Below are positions 1-13,602 of a DNA stretch of 64,000 nucleotides, in pieces (the stretch's first letter is position 1; every line of letters starts with the position of its first letter). This DNA comes from Phoronis australis (lineage: Eukaryota > Animalia > Phoronida), in contig NMRA01000067.1 in NCBI GenBank assembly GCA_002633005.1, positions 496,010 through 560,009 of the forward strand. The letters run 5' to 3'. Position numbers and translations under genes: made by a program. Below the pieces are notes generated by a model that worked only from the letters and a program-made list of their open reading frames with translations, was not told where the DNA came from and made no database searches.

Positions 1-3000
1 CCAGTTTTACTGTCATTAGTAAAACGTATGCTAATAGCTACACCAAGTTAGAATCTGGAGGTCATTTTATCAAAGGTTGCAAGTCCTGTCTTAGCTAAGA
101 TTACTTTACCTTCTAAAAGCTGAGGGTTGAGTGAAAATGTGATCGACGATCGAATTTACATTAAGGTAGATGCAATGTTTCGTTCGACCACGTGTCCTAT
201 TCCTAGTAACCTGCTTACAACTGTGTTAGCTAGGACCAACCATAAAACACGTGACAAAACTCTTCAAATACCACTAATGTGTTGTACTCTGTGTTAATAC
301 AGTAAAACTTGCATAAGTTGGATCAAACCAGACGGGGTTAACCTAAATCTGAAGGGTGGAGAGCTCACACTAGAACAAGAAAGCGCTTCCAATTTCAGAA
401 GGGACTTTCCCATTTTGTCCCAAACTGAAATGCAATATTACAATACAGACAAATATCAACAATTTGTCTTTAAATTTGATTTTTGTAATTGATCATTATC
501 TCTTCTTTAAAGCATTTCATTTTCTACTTTTGATAAATTTCATTTGGTCTACCATTAATTAGCCATATTGAAATTTGTGTGCAGCAAAACTTTGTCGGAG
601 TTGAGTGAAAATCTGACTTATGCATGTCCACCTTTTACCGTGTTTGTGTACGGGTCAAGAAATGCAGCTTGCAACTTCTGAAACACAAATTCAAAAAAAT
701 TTTGATATTTAGTTTAAAAATTTGCACGGGTGATCCTTAGTCACTTAGTGTTATCAATAGTGTCTGACATTTGACACCTGTACAATAGACTACCTTGGTT
801 TTAGACTGAGAAATGAATTTTTGTCTGGAAAATGTTTCTAACGATTAAAGACAATGACTTGTTTTCTGGTAACTAGTGCTGTGTCCTCGTGAGCAAATCT
901 AATTTTACTATTACTGCTCCACATTGTTCTTATGGTTACTACAAGTAGCCTGATGGCCTATCTGTTGTATTTTACTTCACATGTTATAAAAAACTGCTTC
1001 AAGTTATCTATATTTTTCCTTTTCCTTCATGAAAGAAATTAAACGTTTATTTTATACAAATAATGCAAATACTGTGAATAACGTCGTATATACAAACCAA
1101 TACATACACAATGTTGTTCAAGGAGTGGAAACAATGCCATGGTTGTGCTGCTGAGTTCCAGCCACAATACGAGTATGGGCAAATAATCTGAGAGCAGAAT
1201 TTGGTCACGAATTATGCAGCATTTCTGGTGGGTGAGTGGAGTTCAGGTTCCCGAAGTGGCAATTTGAACTGTGGGCTTAGGGTCTCCTGGTGTGGGACTG
1301 CAGGATTGCAGCTGTAAGACAGAGGCATACTCGTGGAATTGTTTCTACCCCCTGTTATTAGTTCGTAAATAAGGAGTGCACTGGTGTGATTGATATATAA
1401 ATAAGGACCAGAGGGGCTAGTTAAGAACATACTTAGTGTGTATTAATCAGAACTGACAATATACATTAAGACATATCTACACAGAATGAACAGTGGCTGA
1501 AGCACATAGAGATGTCCTGGCAAAAGATTACGTAACATAATTAGTGAGTCTAGAGATCACAGACTAAGAGAACTTGCAAACAGGGCAGAACAGAGGCACT
1601 TACTCTGTGACCACTTTCATAATTTTAGTTCAGTTGATGGTAAAGATAAAAGAAGACCCTGGCATTAACATCTGATGTAAGTCTACTCCACTAGGTGGTG
1701 TTCTAATAGAATGAGGCTCTCCTCCAAAAGTGCAACACAGTCATCCACCTATACGACAGAAATTTCCACATAAATGACCAGAGCACTACACCAGACAGAA
1801 ACAAAAGCAGTCTAAAGTGCTTTTTTGGAAATGCCATTTTGGTGCATTCTTCATATTTGGAATATCTCTTCATTCCATGAACTGCACTGAGAGGCATTGA
1901 TTACTGTCGATAACAGCTTATGTTTTAGTTATCAAAGTCAACACGTATTTCATGAAGACTAAAAAATCAAGGTGTCAATTCTTACCTAACGACATATTCA
2001 ACCACGAACATATGGCGACGCCCCTTAGTTAAAAAATCTCCAAATAGTGGAAATTGGACACGAGATTTCTTGGAATATCAGAACAGTTCTATGACTTACT
2101 GCTGGTTAAAAAATGAACAAAATCTCAGTTCTGATTTCACAAAAGTTGTGGCAAAAATTGTAAACATCAGAAAAGGCGACTTAGTTCAGAGAATTTTGAC
2201 AGAAGCTATTTGAAAGTGAACACAATTGTGTGTAACTTGAACAAAGCGGAGAAAAACACAAAATGGAAATCTGTCAACATTTTTAACTATAAAGCAGTTC
2301 TGTCATATTTTATAAATGTTTTTAAGAAGTTCAGAAATTCCGACACTCTATCAAAGATAACTCTAAACTACATAAAAATAATGACTAATCCACCTTAAAT
2401 GAGTTGTAATTTCAATAAAAATCATTTCGATTTTCTACAAGAAGTGATTTTGCCAGCTTTTTTGAAACATAGTTACTGTACCTTTCAGAAATTCAACCAC
2501 CTTAAAGGTAGTGTAAAATGAGACTATAATCATGCTTATAAGCATTAGAAATTTTTGTAGCTTTTATGGTTAGAAACTAGACTACAGTAAATGTGTACCA
2601 ATACTCTAAGACATCGCAATTCTTTCACGAAATAAAATTGCCTGCGTTTATGCTTCAGGAATAGTCATACCACTTTACAATGGGACAGTTTTAGAAGTTC
2701 ATTTACTTGCATCGTACCATCCCATACAGCTCAAGCCAACTGTACTGCACAGCAAATTTTGTATTCAATGAACTTCGATCACAAGGAACATTTAAGAAAA
2801 ACCTCAGCAGGATGGCTGCCACATGGTTCCAATCTACAGTTCTATATACAGTGAAACTGTTTGAGCATTCCAGCAACTAGGCAAGGACACTTTCCAGCAC
2901 AGCACAATTGAAGCATTCTTTAGTTCAGGGGAGACCACTTTCAATCCTCACAGCCTCCAATGGAGTTCTCATTTACAGCGTTTTTTTTTCATGAATACGC

Positions 3001-3730
3001 TTTCTCATGTACAGCAGTTCTGTTTTCACGAGGCTTGAGAAACAGTGTATCAAAACCTGTGTGCTACATGTGCGATTTATGAGATGAGAAATGTGTTTAC
3101 AAGAACAGAATTGAGGTACACGAGAAAAAAAACTACACCTTACAATAAGAAACTGTATTAACGATAAATGAGCACTGTCATTGCAGTCTATGAGAGAGTT
3201 GGATGTCTATCCTGTTGCCGCTTGACCAACAAACTCAGCCTCAATAAATGTCTGTCTCAAGTCATCCACAGCAGAGCTTTCCTACTTGATCAAACATCTT
3301 TCAAAGTACTTTGACCCGACATAACCACCTCTCATTGATTTCTGAACGTTCTGCTCAAATAATCTCCTGTTACTGCGAAGAACCTCAGCTGCGTCTTTAT
3401 TCAGTGGGTCGTCGGGGTTTGGCTCCTGTGAAAACAATTATGAACAAAGATGAATGTGTGAAGATTACCCAAAACAAGGATTCAAATCCGCTGAAACTGT
3501 TCCACCAAATTTACCAATTTCAAACCATGATTAACAATAGTTAGCCTCCTCACAACAAGCGAGCAGCTAAGAATCAACTTGCAACCCCATCTATTGTTCA
3601 GGTATGGAACTACTCTATTTCCCACATAGCACTCAGTGTATAAAAAGTCATCCTATTAGACCAAAAGTGTTGTGATTTATCTTCAGTATTAAACATTAAC
3701 CAGTAGAGAAAACACTTCAGCTCCAGTCAA
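1..3730. repeat. Near-identical copy of 4797-8521 (UBE2M last exon and 3' region)
   Basis: The sequence starting ccagttttactgtcattag recurs at 4797 and stays colinear, with SNPs and small indels, up to gctccagtcaa (3730/8521). The copies are separated by an assembly gap. Confidence 0.95.
3282..3425 (-). other. UBE2M: Second copy of the UBE2M terminal coding exon inside a duplicated block (probably the alternative haplotype)
   Basis: Encodes the same peptide as 8216-8073 ([10 protein letters not shown]...ERCLIK*), with an intact CAG acceptor and synonymous differences only. Its upstream intron runs into the N gap. Confidence 0.8.
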
Positions 3731-4699
3731 NNNNNNNNNNNNNNNNNNNNNNNNNNNNNNNNNNNNNNNNNNNNNNNNNNNNNNNNNNNNNNNNNNNNNN
3801 NNNNNNNNNNNNNNNNNNNNNNNNNNNNNNNNNNNNNNNNNNNNNNNNNNNNNNNNNNNNNNNNNNNNNNNNNNNNNNNNNNNNNNNNNNNNNNNNNNNN
3901 NNNNNNNNNNNNNNNNNNNNNNNNNNNNNNNNNNNNNNNNNNNNNNNNNNNNNNNNNNNNNNNNNNNNNNNNNNNNNNNNNNNNNNNNNNNNNNNNNNNN
4001 NNNNNNNNNNNNNNNNNNNNNNNNNNNNNNNNNNNNNNNNNNNNNNNNNNNNNNNNNNNNNNNNNNNNNNNNNNNNNNNNNNNNNNNNNNNNNNNNNNNN
4101 NNNNNNNNNNNNNNNNNNNNNNNNNNNNNNNNNNNNNNNNNNNNNNNNNNNNNNNNNNNNNNNNNNNNNNNNNNNNNNNNNNNNNNNNNNNNNNNNNNNN
4201 NNNNNNNNNNNNNNNNNNNNNNNNNNNNNNNNNNNNNNNNNNNNNNNNNNNNNNNNNNNNNNNNNNNNNNNNNNNNNNNNNNNNNNNNNNNNNNNNNNNN
4301 NNNNNNNNNNNNNNNNNNNNNNNNNNNNNNNNNNNNNNNNNNNNNNNNNNNNNNNNNNNNNNNNNNNNNNNNNNNNNNNNNNNNNNNNNNNNNNNNNNNN
4401 NNNNNNNNNNNNNNNNNNNNNNNNNNNNNNNNNNNNNNNNNNNNNNNNNNNNNNNNNNNNNNNNNNNNNNNNNNNNNNNNNNNNNNNNNNNNNNNNNNNN
4501 NNNNNNNNNNNNNNNNNNNNNNNNNNNNNNNNNNNNNNNNNNNNNNNNNNNNNNNNNNNNNNNNNNNNNNNNNNNNNNNNNNNNNNNNNNNNNNNNNNNN
4601 NNNNNNNNNNNNNNNNNNNNNNNNNNNNNNNNNNNNNNNNNNNNNNNNNNNNNNNNNNNNNNNNNNNNNNNNNNNNNNNNNNNNNNNNNNNNNNNNNNN
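3731..4699. other. Assembly gap (N run)
   Basis: 969 consecutive Ns. Confidence 1.
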
Positions 4700-7600
4700 G
4701 CTTGATCATGTACATTCACTTTTATGTCAACAGTGATGTTTCACTCGTATAAAAATGCAGTGTCACCGCCGCAAAAATGTGCCATTGTGACTATGACCAG
4801 TTTTACTGTCATTAGTAAAACGTATGCTAATAGCTACACCAAGTTAGAATCTGGAGGTCATTTTATCAAAGGTTGCAAGTCCCGTCTTAGCTAAGATTGT
4901 TTTACCTTCTAAAAGCAGAGGGTCGAGTGAAAATGTGATCGACGACCGAATTTACATTATGGTAGATGCAATGTTTTGTTCGACCACGTGTCCTATTCCT
5001 AGTAACCTGCTTACAGCTGTGTTAGCTAGGACCAACCATAAAACACGTGACAAAACTCTTCAAATACCACTAATGTGTTGTACTCTGTGTTAATACAGTA
5101 AAACCTGCATAAGTTGGATCAAACCAGACCAAGTAAACCTAAATCTGAAGAGCTCACACTAGAACAAGAAAGCGCTTCCAATTTCAGAAGGGACTTTCCC
5201 ATTTTGTCCCTAACTGAAATGCAGTATTACAATACAGACAAATATCAACACTTTGTCTTTAAATTTGATTTTTTTAATTGATCATTATCTCTTCATTTCA
5301 TTTTCTACTTTTGATAAATTTCATTTGGTCTACCCTTAATTAGCCATTGAAATTTGTGTGCAGCAAAACTTTGCCGGAGTTGAGTGAAAATATGACTTGT
5401 GCATGTGCATGTCCGCCTTTTACTGTATTTGTGTACGGGTCAAGAAATGCAGCTTGCGACTTCTGAAACACAAATTCAAAAAGATTTTGATACTTAATTT
5501 TGCACAGGTGATCCTTAGTCACTTAGTGTTATCAATAGTGTCTGACATTTGACACCTGTACAATAGACTAACTTGGTCTTAGACTGAGAAATGAATTTTT
5601 TGTCTGGAAAATGTTTCTAACAATGAAAGACAATGACTAATTTTCTGGTAACTACTGCGGTGTCCTCGTGAGCAAATCTAATTTTACTATTACTGCTCCA
5701 CATTGTTGTTATGGTTACTACAAGTAACCTAATGGCCTATCTCTTGTATTTTACATCACATGTTATAAATAAAAAACTGCTTCAAGTTATCTATATTTTT
5801 CTTTTTCCTTCATGAAAGAAATTAAACATTTATTTTATACAAATAATGCAAATACTGTGAATAACGTCGTATATACAAACCAATACATACACAATGTTAT
5901 TCAAGGACTGGAAACAATGCCATGATTACGCTGCTAAGTTCCAGCCACAGTACGAGTCTGGGCAAATAATCTGAGAGCAGAATTTGGTCACGAATTATGC
6001 AGCATTTCTGGTGGGTGTGTGGAGTTCAGGTTCCCGAAGTGGCAATTTGAACTGTGGGTTTAGTGTCTCCTGGTCTGGGACTGCAGGATTGCAGCTGTAA
6101 GACAGAGGCATACTCATGGAATTGTTTCTACCCCCTGATATTGATTCGTAAATAAGGAGTGCACTGGTGTGATTGATATATAAATAGGGACCAGAGGGGC
6201 TAGTTAAGAACATATTTAGTGTGTATTAATCAGAACTGACAATATACATTAAGACATATCTACACAGAATGAACAGTGGCTTAAGCACATAGAGATGTCC
6301 GGGCAAAAGATTACGCAACATAATTGGCGAGTCTAGAGATCACAGACTAAGAGAACTTGCAAACAGGGCAGAACAGAGGCACTTACTCTGTGACCACTTT
6401 CATAATTTTAGTTCAGTTTATGGTAAAGACAAAAGAAGACCCTGGCATTAATATGTGATGTAAGTCTACTCCACTAGGTGGTGTTCTAATAGAATGAGGC
6501 TCTGTTCCAAAAGTGCAACACAGTCATCCACCTATACAACAGAAATTTCCACATAAATGACCAGAGCAGTACACCAAATAGCAGACACAAAAGCAGTCTA
6601 AAGTGCTTTTTTGGAAATGCCATTTTGGTGCATTCTTCATATTTGGAATATCTCTTCATCCCATGAACTGCACTGAGAGGCATTGATTACTGTCGATAAC
6701 AGCTTGTTTTAGTTATCAAAGTCAACACGTATTTCATGAAGACTAAAAGATCAAGGTGTCAACTCTTACCTAACAACATATTCGACCATGAACATATAGC
6801 GACACTTTGTTAAAAAATCTCCAAATAGTGAAAATTGGACACGAGATTTCTTGGAATATCAGAATAGTTCTATGACTTACTGCTGGTTAAAAGATGAACA
6901 AAATCTCAGTTCTGGTTTCATAAAAGTTGTGGCAAAAAATTGTAAACATCAGAACAGGCGAATTTTGACAGAAGCTATTTAAAAGTGAACACAATTGTGT
7001 GTAACTTGAACAAAAAGGAGAAAAACACAAAATGGAAATCTGTCAACATTTTTAACTAAGCAGTTCTGTCATTTTATAAATCAACATTACAGTACCCACC
7101 AACTACAATATTTTTAAGAAGTTCACAAATTCCGACACTCTATCAAAGATAACTCTAAACTACATAAAAACAATGACTAATCCCCCTTAAATGAGTTGTA
7201 ATTTCAATACAAAATCATTTCGATTTTCTATAAGAAGTGATTTTGCCAGCTTTTTTTGAAACATAGTACCTTTCAGGAATTCAACCACCTTAAAGGTAGT
7301 GTAAAATGAGACTATAATCGTGCTTATAAGCATTAGAAATTCTTGTAGATTTTATGATTAGAAACTAGACTACAGTAAATGTGTACCAATACTCTGACTA
7401 AGACATTGCAATTCTTTCACGAAATAAAATTGCCTGCGTTTATGCTTCAGGAATAGTCATACCACTTTACAATGGGACAGTTTTAGAAGTTTGCTTACTT
7501 ACATCGTGCCATCCCATACAGCTCAAGCCAACTGTACTGCACAGCAAACTTTGTATTCAATGAACTTCGATCACAAGGAACATTTAAGAAAAACCTCGGC

Positions 7601-8072
7601 AGGATGGCTGTCACATGGTTCCAATCTACAGTTCTATATACAGTGAAACTGTTTGAGCATTCCAGCAACTAGGCAAGGGCACTTTCCAGCACAGCACAAC
7701 TGAAGCATTCTTTAGTTCAGGGGAGACCACTTTCAATCCTCACAGCCTTCCATGGAGTTCTCATTTACAGCGTTCTTTTTCATGAATATGCTTTCTCATG
7801 TACAGCAGTTCTGTTCTCACGAGGCTTGGGAAACAGTGTATCAACACCTGTGTGCTACATGTGCAATTTATGAGAAGAGAAATGTGTTTACAAGAACAGA
7901 ATTGAGGTACACGAGAGTAAAAACTACACCTTACGATAAGAAATTGTATTAACGATAAATGAGCACTGTCATTGGAGTCTATGAGGGAGGTGGATGTCTA
8001 TCCTGTTGCTGCTTGACCAACAAACTCAGCTTCAACAACTGTCTGTCTCAAGTCATCCACAGCAAAGCTTTT

Positions 8073-11000
8073 CTACTTGATCAAACATCTTTCAAAGTAC
8101 TTTGACCCAACGTAACCACCTCTCATTGATTTCTGAACGTTCTGCTCAAATAATCTCCTGTTACTGCGAAGAACCTCAGCTGCGTCTTTATTCAGTGGGT
8201 CGTCAGGGTTTGGCTCCTGTGAAAACAATTATGAACAAAGATGAATGTGTGAAGATTACCCAAAACAAGGATTCAAATCCGCTGAAACTGTTCCACCTAA
8301 TTTACCTATTTCAAACCATGGTTAACAATAGTTAGCCTCCTTACAACAAGCGAGCAGCTAAGAACCAACTTGCAACCCCATCTATTGTTCAGGTATGGAA
8401 CTACTCTATTTCCCATATAGCACTCAGTATATAAAACGTCATCCTATAAGACCAAACGTGTTGTGATTAATCTTCAGTATTAACCATTAACCAGTACAAA
8501 AATCACTTAAGCTCCAGTCAAAACCAATTTATAGTGGAAAGCTAATTCAAGTCCAAATTTTTGACACTGAAAATCGTCAGGGTAGGCCCATTGTTAACTA
8601 CATTGGTACAATAATACGGACAGTATTATTTGTGTGGAAAAATGAGTATAAAGACTTAATGCAATATCATACGGTTTTCATTGTAAATAAACTAGAGATA
8701 TTCATTTGGAAGTCATGAAAGTGAGATGTTTTGGGACACCTGATGCAAGTACTGGTATTATTGTTACTACTGTAATTATTGATACCACACATACATGCAC
8801 TCAGCCAAAAAAATGGGGGGGTCGAATTTTTGATAAATGTGGATCATTTACTAAGATTCACTGAGTATGTTCAGAGCTATGAATTGTGCATTCGCCGAAT
8901 TTTGATAGTTCCTGCCTTTAATAAGTAGACTTCTGTCACGTTTTCTATTTTTTTCTGAATCATTTGTTTCTCTGAGGTGGACCTTTTTGCCCACTTCGCC
9001 AAATGGGGCCTCCGAGCCCCCCCATGGGTGCACGCATGCCATAAGTACATAAAACTTACCAAAAATAAATACTGTAGGCCGTATACTATTGAGTTAATTG
9101 TCAGCACTGGCTTCCAATCCTCCCTGGAATAGAAACAGACGTTTATGCAAAGAAGGGTGATATTAAAAGCTTTTCTCAACCCACTTCTCAGTGAATGAAG
9201 ACTACCTGTGCACAGCTCGACATGAGTGAGTAAACGCTCTAGAATACGAGTGGAAAAAGTAAAATACAAATAGAAAATTGACCTCACTCGTACGGGAGCA
9301 AAGAGGAATGGATGTCTGGCATTTACGAACCCAAATCCGGAAATACAATTGCCCTCACTCGTAATATGGGGCGGACATTTTTGCAAGTCTTGAGCACTGA
9401 TGTGTGTTTGAATCAGTCACCTCATGCAAGGAGATACACTTAATACAAAGTTTCCACCTGTTTCTGTACTAAATTCAACTAAATTCAGACTTGTGGCACA
9501 AATACATCTTGAGAAAAGGGAGCAGTTTCGAAATACAAGTCATGCCATAAAATGTAGCTATTGACAATAAAGCAACATCTTAAAATTACCTAACAAAGGA
9601 TTAACATCAATCAGGTGCAAAGAGTTTCAAATCATTCAGGTAACAATCTTCCTTCATCACAAAGGATTGAATTTCTTATAACTAAGTACATAAGTACTAA
9701 CAGTAGATGCGTAAATAAAATATTTTTAAAATCCCTGATGATCACACAAAGTTATTATGTGCACTACAATAATGCCCAGATGCTCGATACCTCATGACTG
9801 CATTTTTGTCCAACAAAATTTGACTAATGTTTAAAAAATTGTTAAGATTGAAATTCAATCCTAGGTAACGAAGGTAGCCTATAACCCCAACTTCACTGCA
9901 TCCAATGCAAACAGAGAATGAGTGTTGTTGAAATATGCTCTCGCTGACAACTGCCGAAATCCATTAGCCCAACAATCGACTATTATTTCAAAACCAAACC
10001 ACCTTACCTGCCAAACATTTTTTAAACCCAGTAAGTTACAAATGTACTCACGTTTTTAGAAAAATAACTCACTAACCTAAACTACTACTAACCTCAAAAT
10101 ATTTAAACAGATGTTTCCTTCTAAGTCAATGTTAGGATGGTAGACCATCGTTTCACATTTAACTTTAGGAGGTTCGTGAGGATATTGCGGCCCTACTTTG
10201 AAGCTGAAGAGAAACTGACCATATCTGTAGAAACCCTGAAAATAAGAGACGATTAGACTGCAAGTGCAAGACATCAATAGTAAAAGTCATTTCTGGTCAT
10301 TTCTAATATATTTTTCACAAGGTAAGAAGTAAATTTGATTTTTATCCCTCTTCCATTGGCGTCATGGTGGTAACAAGAATTTTTAGGTCAACTAAACTTT
10401 TCGGTGCTAACCTACTGATGCACAGTATAAATCTGCCTGAGATATATAAGACCACACGCTGGTGTTCCGCGCGCAAGGCTATTGACCTTATAGGAAGTCG
10501 CGCAATGAAATGGTGATTTTGTTCCACTTTCGCTCTTCAGTTTGGAGACTCGTAAGTGGGCTATTAGCAAACTTTCGGCATGAACCAAAACTGAAATATT
10601 ACTAGAAAAAGCACACCTGGGATTTCTAAAAGAGTCTCCTGGTGGTTCTTTCAGAAATGTTGGGTGATTTTGTAAACCAAACAACCGAGGGGTTCCTTCG
10701 AAAATGTTATTGATCATAGACTACCTGCTAAAGTTTTTTTCGTCAGTTCAGATACTAATAGAGAAGTCTTACTACAACTTTGTTGTCAAGTAATTAACTT
10801 CAACTATTTTAACAGTTCCTATAAAGACACAAAATTGAAACATCTTGTCGATATTTTCCATGTTCCCCCAAAACTATCCAAAAGGGCCCCATGGGTGCTT
10901 TTCTGAGCCTCATTTCCAAAAAGACACTTTATGGGAACTCTAAATGGTTGAGGATCTTTGACAACTTCCTGGTATCACTTCCCGCAATGCTGTAGACAAA

Positions 11001-13602
11001 GTTCACCACAGTGGCAACTCCTTTACATAAATAATAATATTAAAATCAGAAAATTTTTGTCATCGCTAAATGGTGCACAATATGCAAGCAAAAATCCTTT
11101 GGAAGTAGGCCAAGTTTTCGTCAAGGCATACAGTATGCATGGCCTGAACTTCTTTTTTTCTCACAGTTAAAACATGATATGCTTTGACATTGGGTTGCAG
11201 TTGTGCCTTCTTAGTTTTCTAACTCCATAGCTCAAAAAGAGAACCATCTCAGAGTAAGATGACAGACTGTTGCAAGTATTCAATTAAAGCACATTCTAGT
11301 CAAAGATATGAAAGCAAGATACCAAAAAGAAAATATTATGAGGAGCCTTGTCCAACCTCTTAATGTCTGAACACTCACTAGGTGTTTGATAAAACAAAAA
11401 AAACAAACTCACTTCATCTGGACTAATATAAAGTTTGAAGTTTAACAAGTCGTCCTGGTCTGGGAAGTCTATCCTGCATGTTTTGGGTAGACTCAGTTCG
11501 CTGATATCTGAAATTAGTAGATGAAAACACAGTGATTAAGCACACAAACAGTTCAAGATTTTAAATAAGGATTGAAATAGTATTTCACCAGTCATAATGA
11601 CTCAGATATGGCTAATTTAAAACACGGTTATGGCACCTGCTACATCCTGTCATCCACACATCGATTGATCTTTTTAAGTTTAGTTTACCTTTTCATTTTA
11701 GTTTATTTTACCTTTTCCTTGGTCTTTTATCATCTATATTTTTACTTTATATCCTTGTTTATGTGTATCGAGTCTTTGTGAAGTGATGTATATTTTATTG
11801 TGTTACTTTTGCTGTCAATCAATCAATGAATCTGTCATGAAGAGGATTGTGTGGCCCAAGGCAGGGACACTTTCTCCTCAGTCACCGGATATCTAAGTAT
11901 AAGTCCAAAAAGCATTCATGCGTATCAATTTTGTCAGAGATTTTGAAACTTGTTCCAAGCGTTGATACTACGGTAAAGGGCGATTTTGACATTCACCACA
12001 TTTCTCCAATTTCAGACAATGTATTTTCAATCTACAGAGTCCATAATGTTGCCCTCTTCCTGGTGATTCTTAAACTTAGGATGGTCAACATTGCCTAGTT
12101 CTAGAATTTGAGACAAGATCAAATCTTGAGCTAATTATACATTTTTCACAATCAAAATTTGGAGAATTTTTACCATAGTGACGGTCAAAGAGCATCATTT
12201 TGTTTCAGATTATCTTTCGAATTAAAAATACTCCCTCTGTTGGTGGGATGTGTGTACTTGGCTTGGACATTAAATTGTCAATGGTTAAAAACTATGACCC
12301 AAAGGGTGGACATCTACTAACCAGACATAAGGATGTGTGAACATGGCTCAAAGCTTCACTTAGTCACTTAGTCAGTGTCACTTAGTCACTTCCCTATGAA
12401 TTGAGCTCAACGTAACTGGATAGAAAGAGAGTTTTGTTGTCAGGCACATGTTTCACACCACCCACAATTTATGCGTAACACTTGAAAATAGAGATTCAAA
12501 GCAAAGAGGTTTTACAAATCTGTTGTGGTGGGACAATAAAATGACTAACGCAAAAATATTACTTAAAACTTATGGATGAAAGAAAGTATATTTTATTTTT
12601 GTCGAATCACCCTTAACTACACTAAAGCGCTAAATGTAGAATGTTTGCAGTAAAACACGTTCTTTTAAAATCAGAACTGGCTAACAGGTGAACAGTCTGG
12701 TCCCCACACAATCAACATGTTCAGGTACAAAGCCATGGGTCTTTTCTCATTCTTCTGGATTCATGTGGATACCACTCCATGAGCAGGGCCTACAGTCTCA
12801 ATATTCGGCACTTGAGGTAACTGAAATCTTACGGTTATGTTATTGTCGGAAGTACGTCACACTCACACGACTCACAGACAGTCACAGCCACAGGCAGGTG
12901 CAAAACAAACATGGAGTTATTTCAAACAGCTTTTGTTTTACAGTGGCTAATTTTTAGAGTCTAATTGTAAAGACAGCTAGGAAAACTACTTAAAATAAGC
13001 TGCACCACATGTGACCTTGCTTAGACTTTTTGTTGTCAGTCTGGTGAGTCACTTTCGTTTGAGTTGCGATGACCAAGACCAACAACAACCAAATTTACNC
13101 TTTGATACGTGTCTCTTCCGATAAGTTAGTACCTAACGTGCAGACGAGAACTCCAAATTGGAACGCTAAGTCCCGCGTGGTTGCGCTGCACGCGAAACAA
13201 GATGGCGGACGAACTTTGGAGCCTGACGAAAATAGGTAACCGGACAATACGTCACACTCACACGACTCACAGACAGTCACAGCCACAGGCAGGTGCAAAA
13301 CAAACATGGAGTTATTTCAAACAGCTTTTGTTTTACAGTGGCTAATTTTTAGAGTCTAATTGTAAAGACAGCTAGGAAAACTACTTAAAATAAGCTGCAC
13401 CACATGTGACCTTGCTTAGACTTTTTGTTGTCAGTCTGGTGAGTCACTTTCGTTTGAGTTGCGATGACCAAGACCAACAACAACCAAATTTACCTTTAGT
13501 GATTCTGAGTTGGGCGGCTGAAGCTCTTTTCGTGTTGCTCCCTTTTAACTCTCCATCCACCCCGTCTTTTCCTTGTTTCCTCAAACTGAACAATTTAATC
13601 AT
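8073..13602 (-). CDS. UBE2M: NEDD8-conjugating enzyme Ubc12 (E2), 5 coding exons, 184 aa
   Basis: Exons (minus): 13602-13494 ([10 protein letters not shown]...SAAQLRITK), 11507-11413 ([11 protein letters not shown]...SPDE), 10235-10093 ([48 protein letters not shown], catalytic Cys), 9123-9060 ([21 protein letters not shown]), 8216-8073 ([16 protein letters not shown]...YFERCLIK*). All introns are GT-AG and phases are consistent (555 nt). The MIKLFSL N-terminal E1-docking peptide is characteristic of Ubc12. Confidence 0.96.
8794..9038 (+). mobile_element. MITE family A copy (CATG termini)
   Basis: Imperfect TIR catgcac.../...gtgcacgcatg. Internal sequence is shared with copies at 34634, 39089, 52912 and 54211. 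Flanks acata/ccata match 4 of 5. Confidence 0.75.
12853..13493. repeat. 246-bp direct duplication (12853-13098 and 13248-13493) around a single N at 13099
   Basis: Both copies run from tacgtcacactcacacgac to caaccaaatttac and look identical. Probably an assembly or haplotype overlap. Confidence 0.9.

Noticed and set aside
3717-4719. Two ~330-aa ORFs in the ORF track
   Set aside because: They consist of X residues translated from the N gap.
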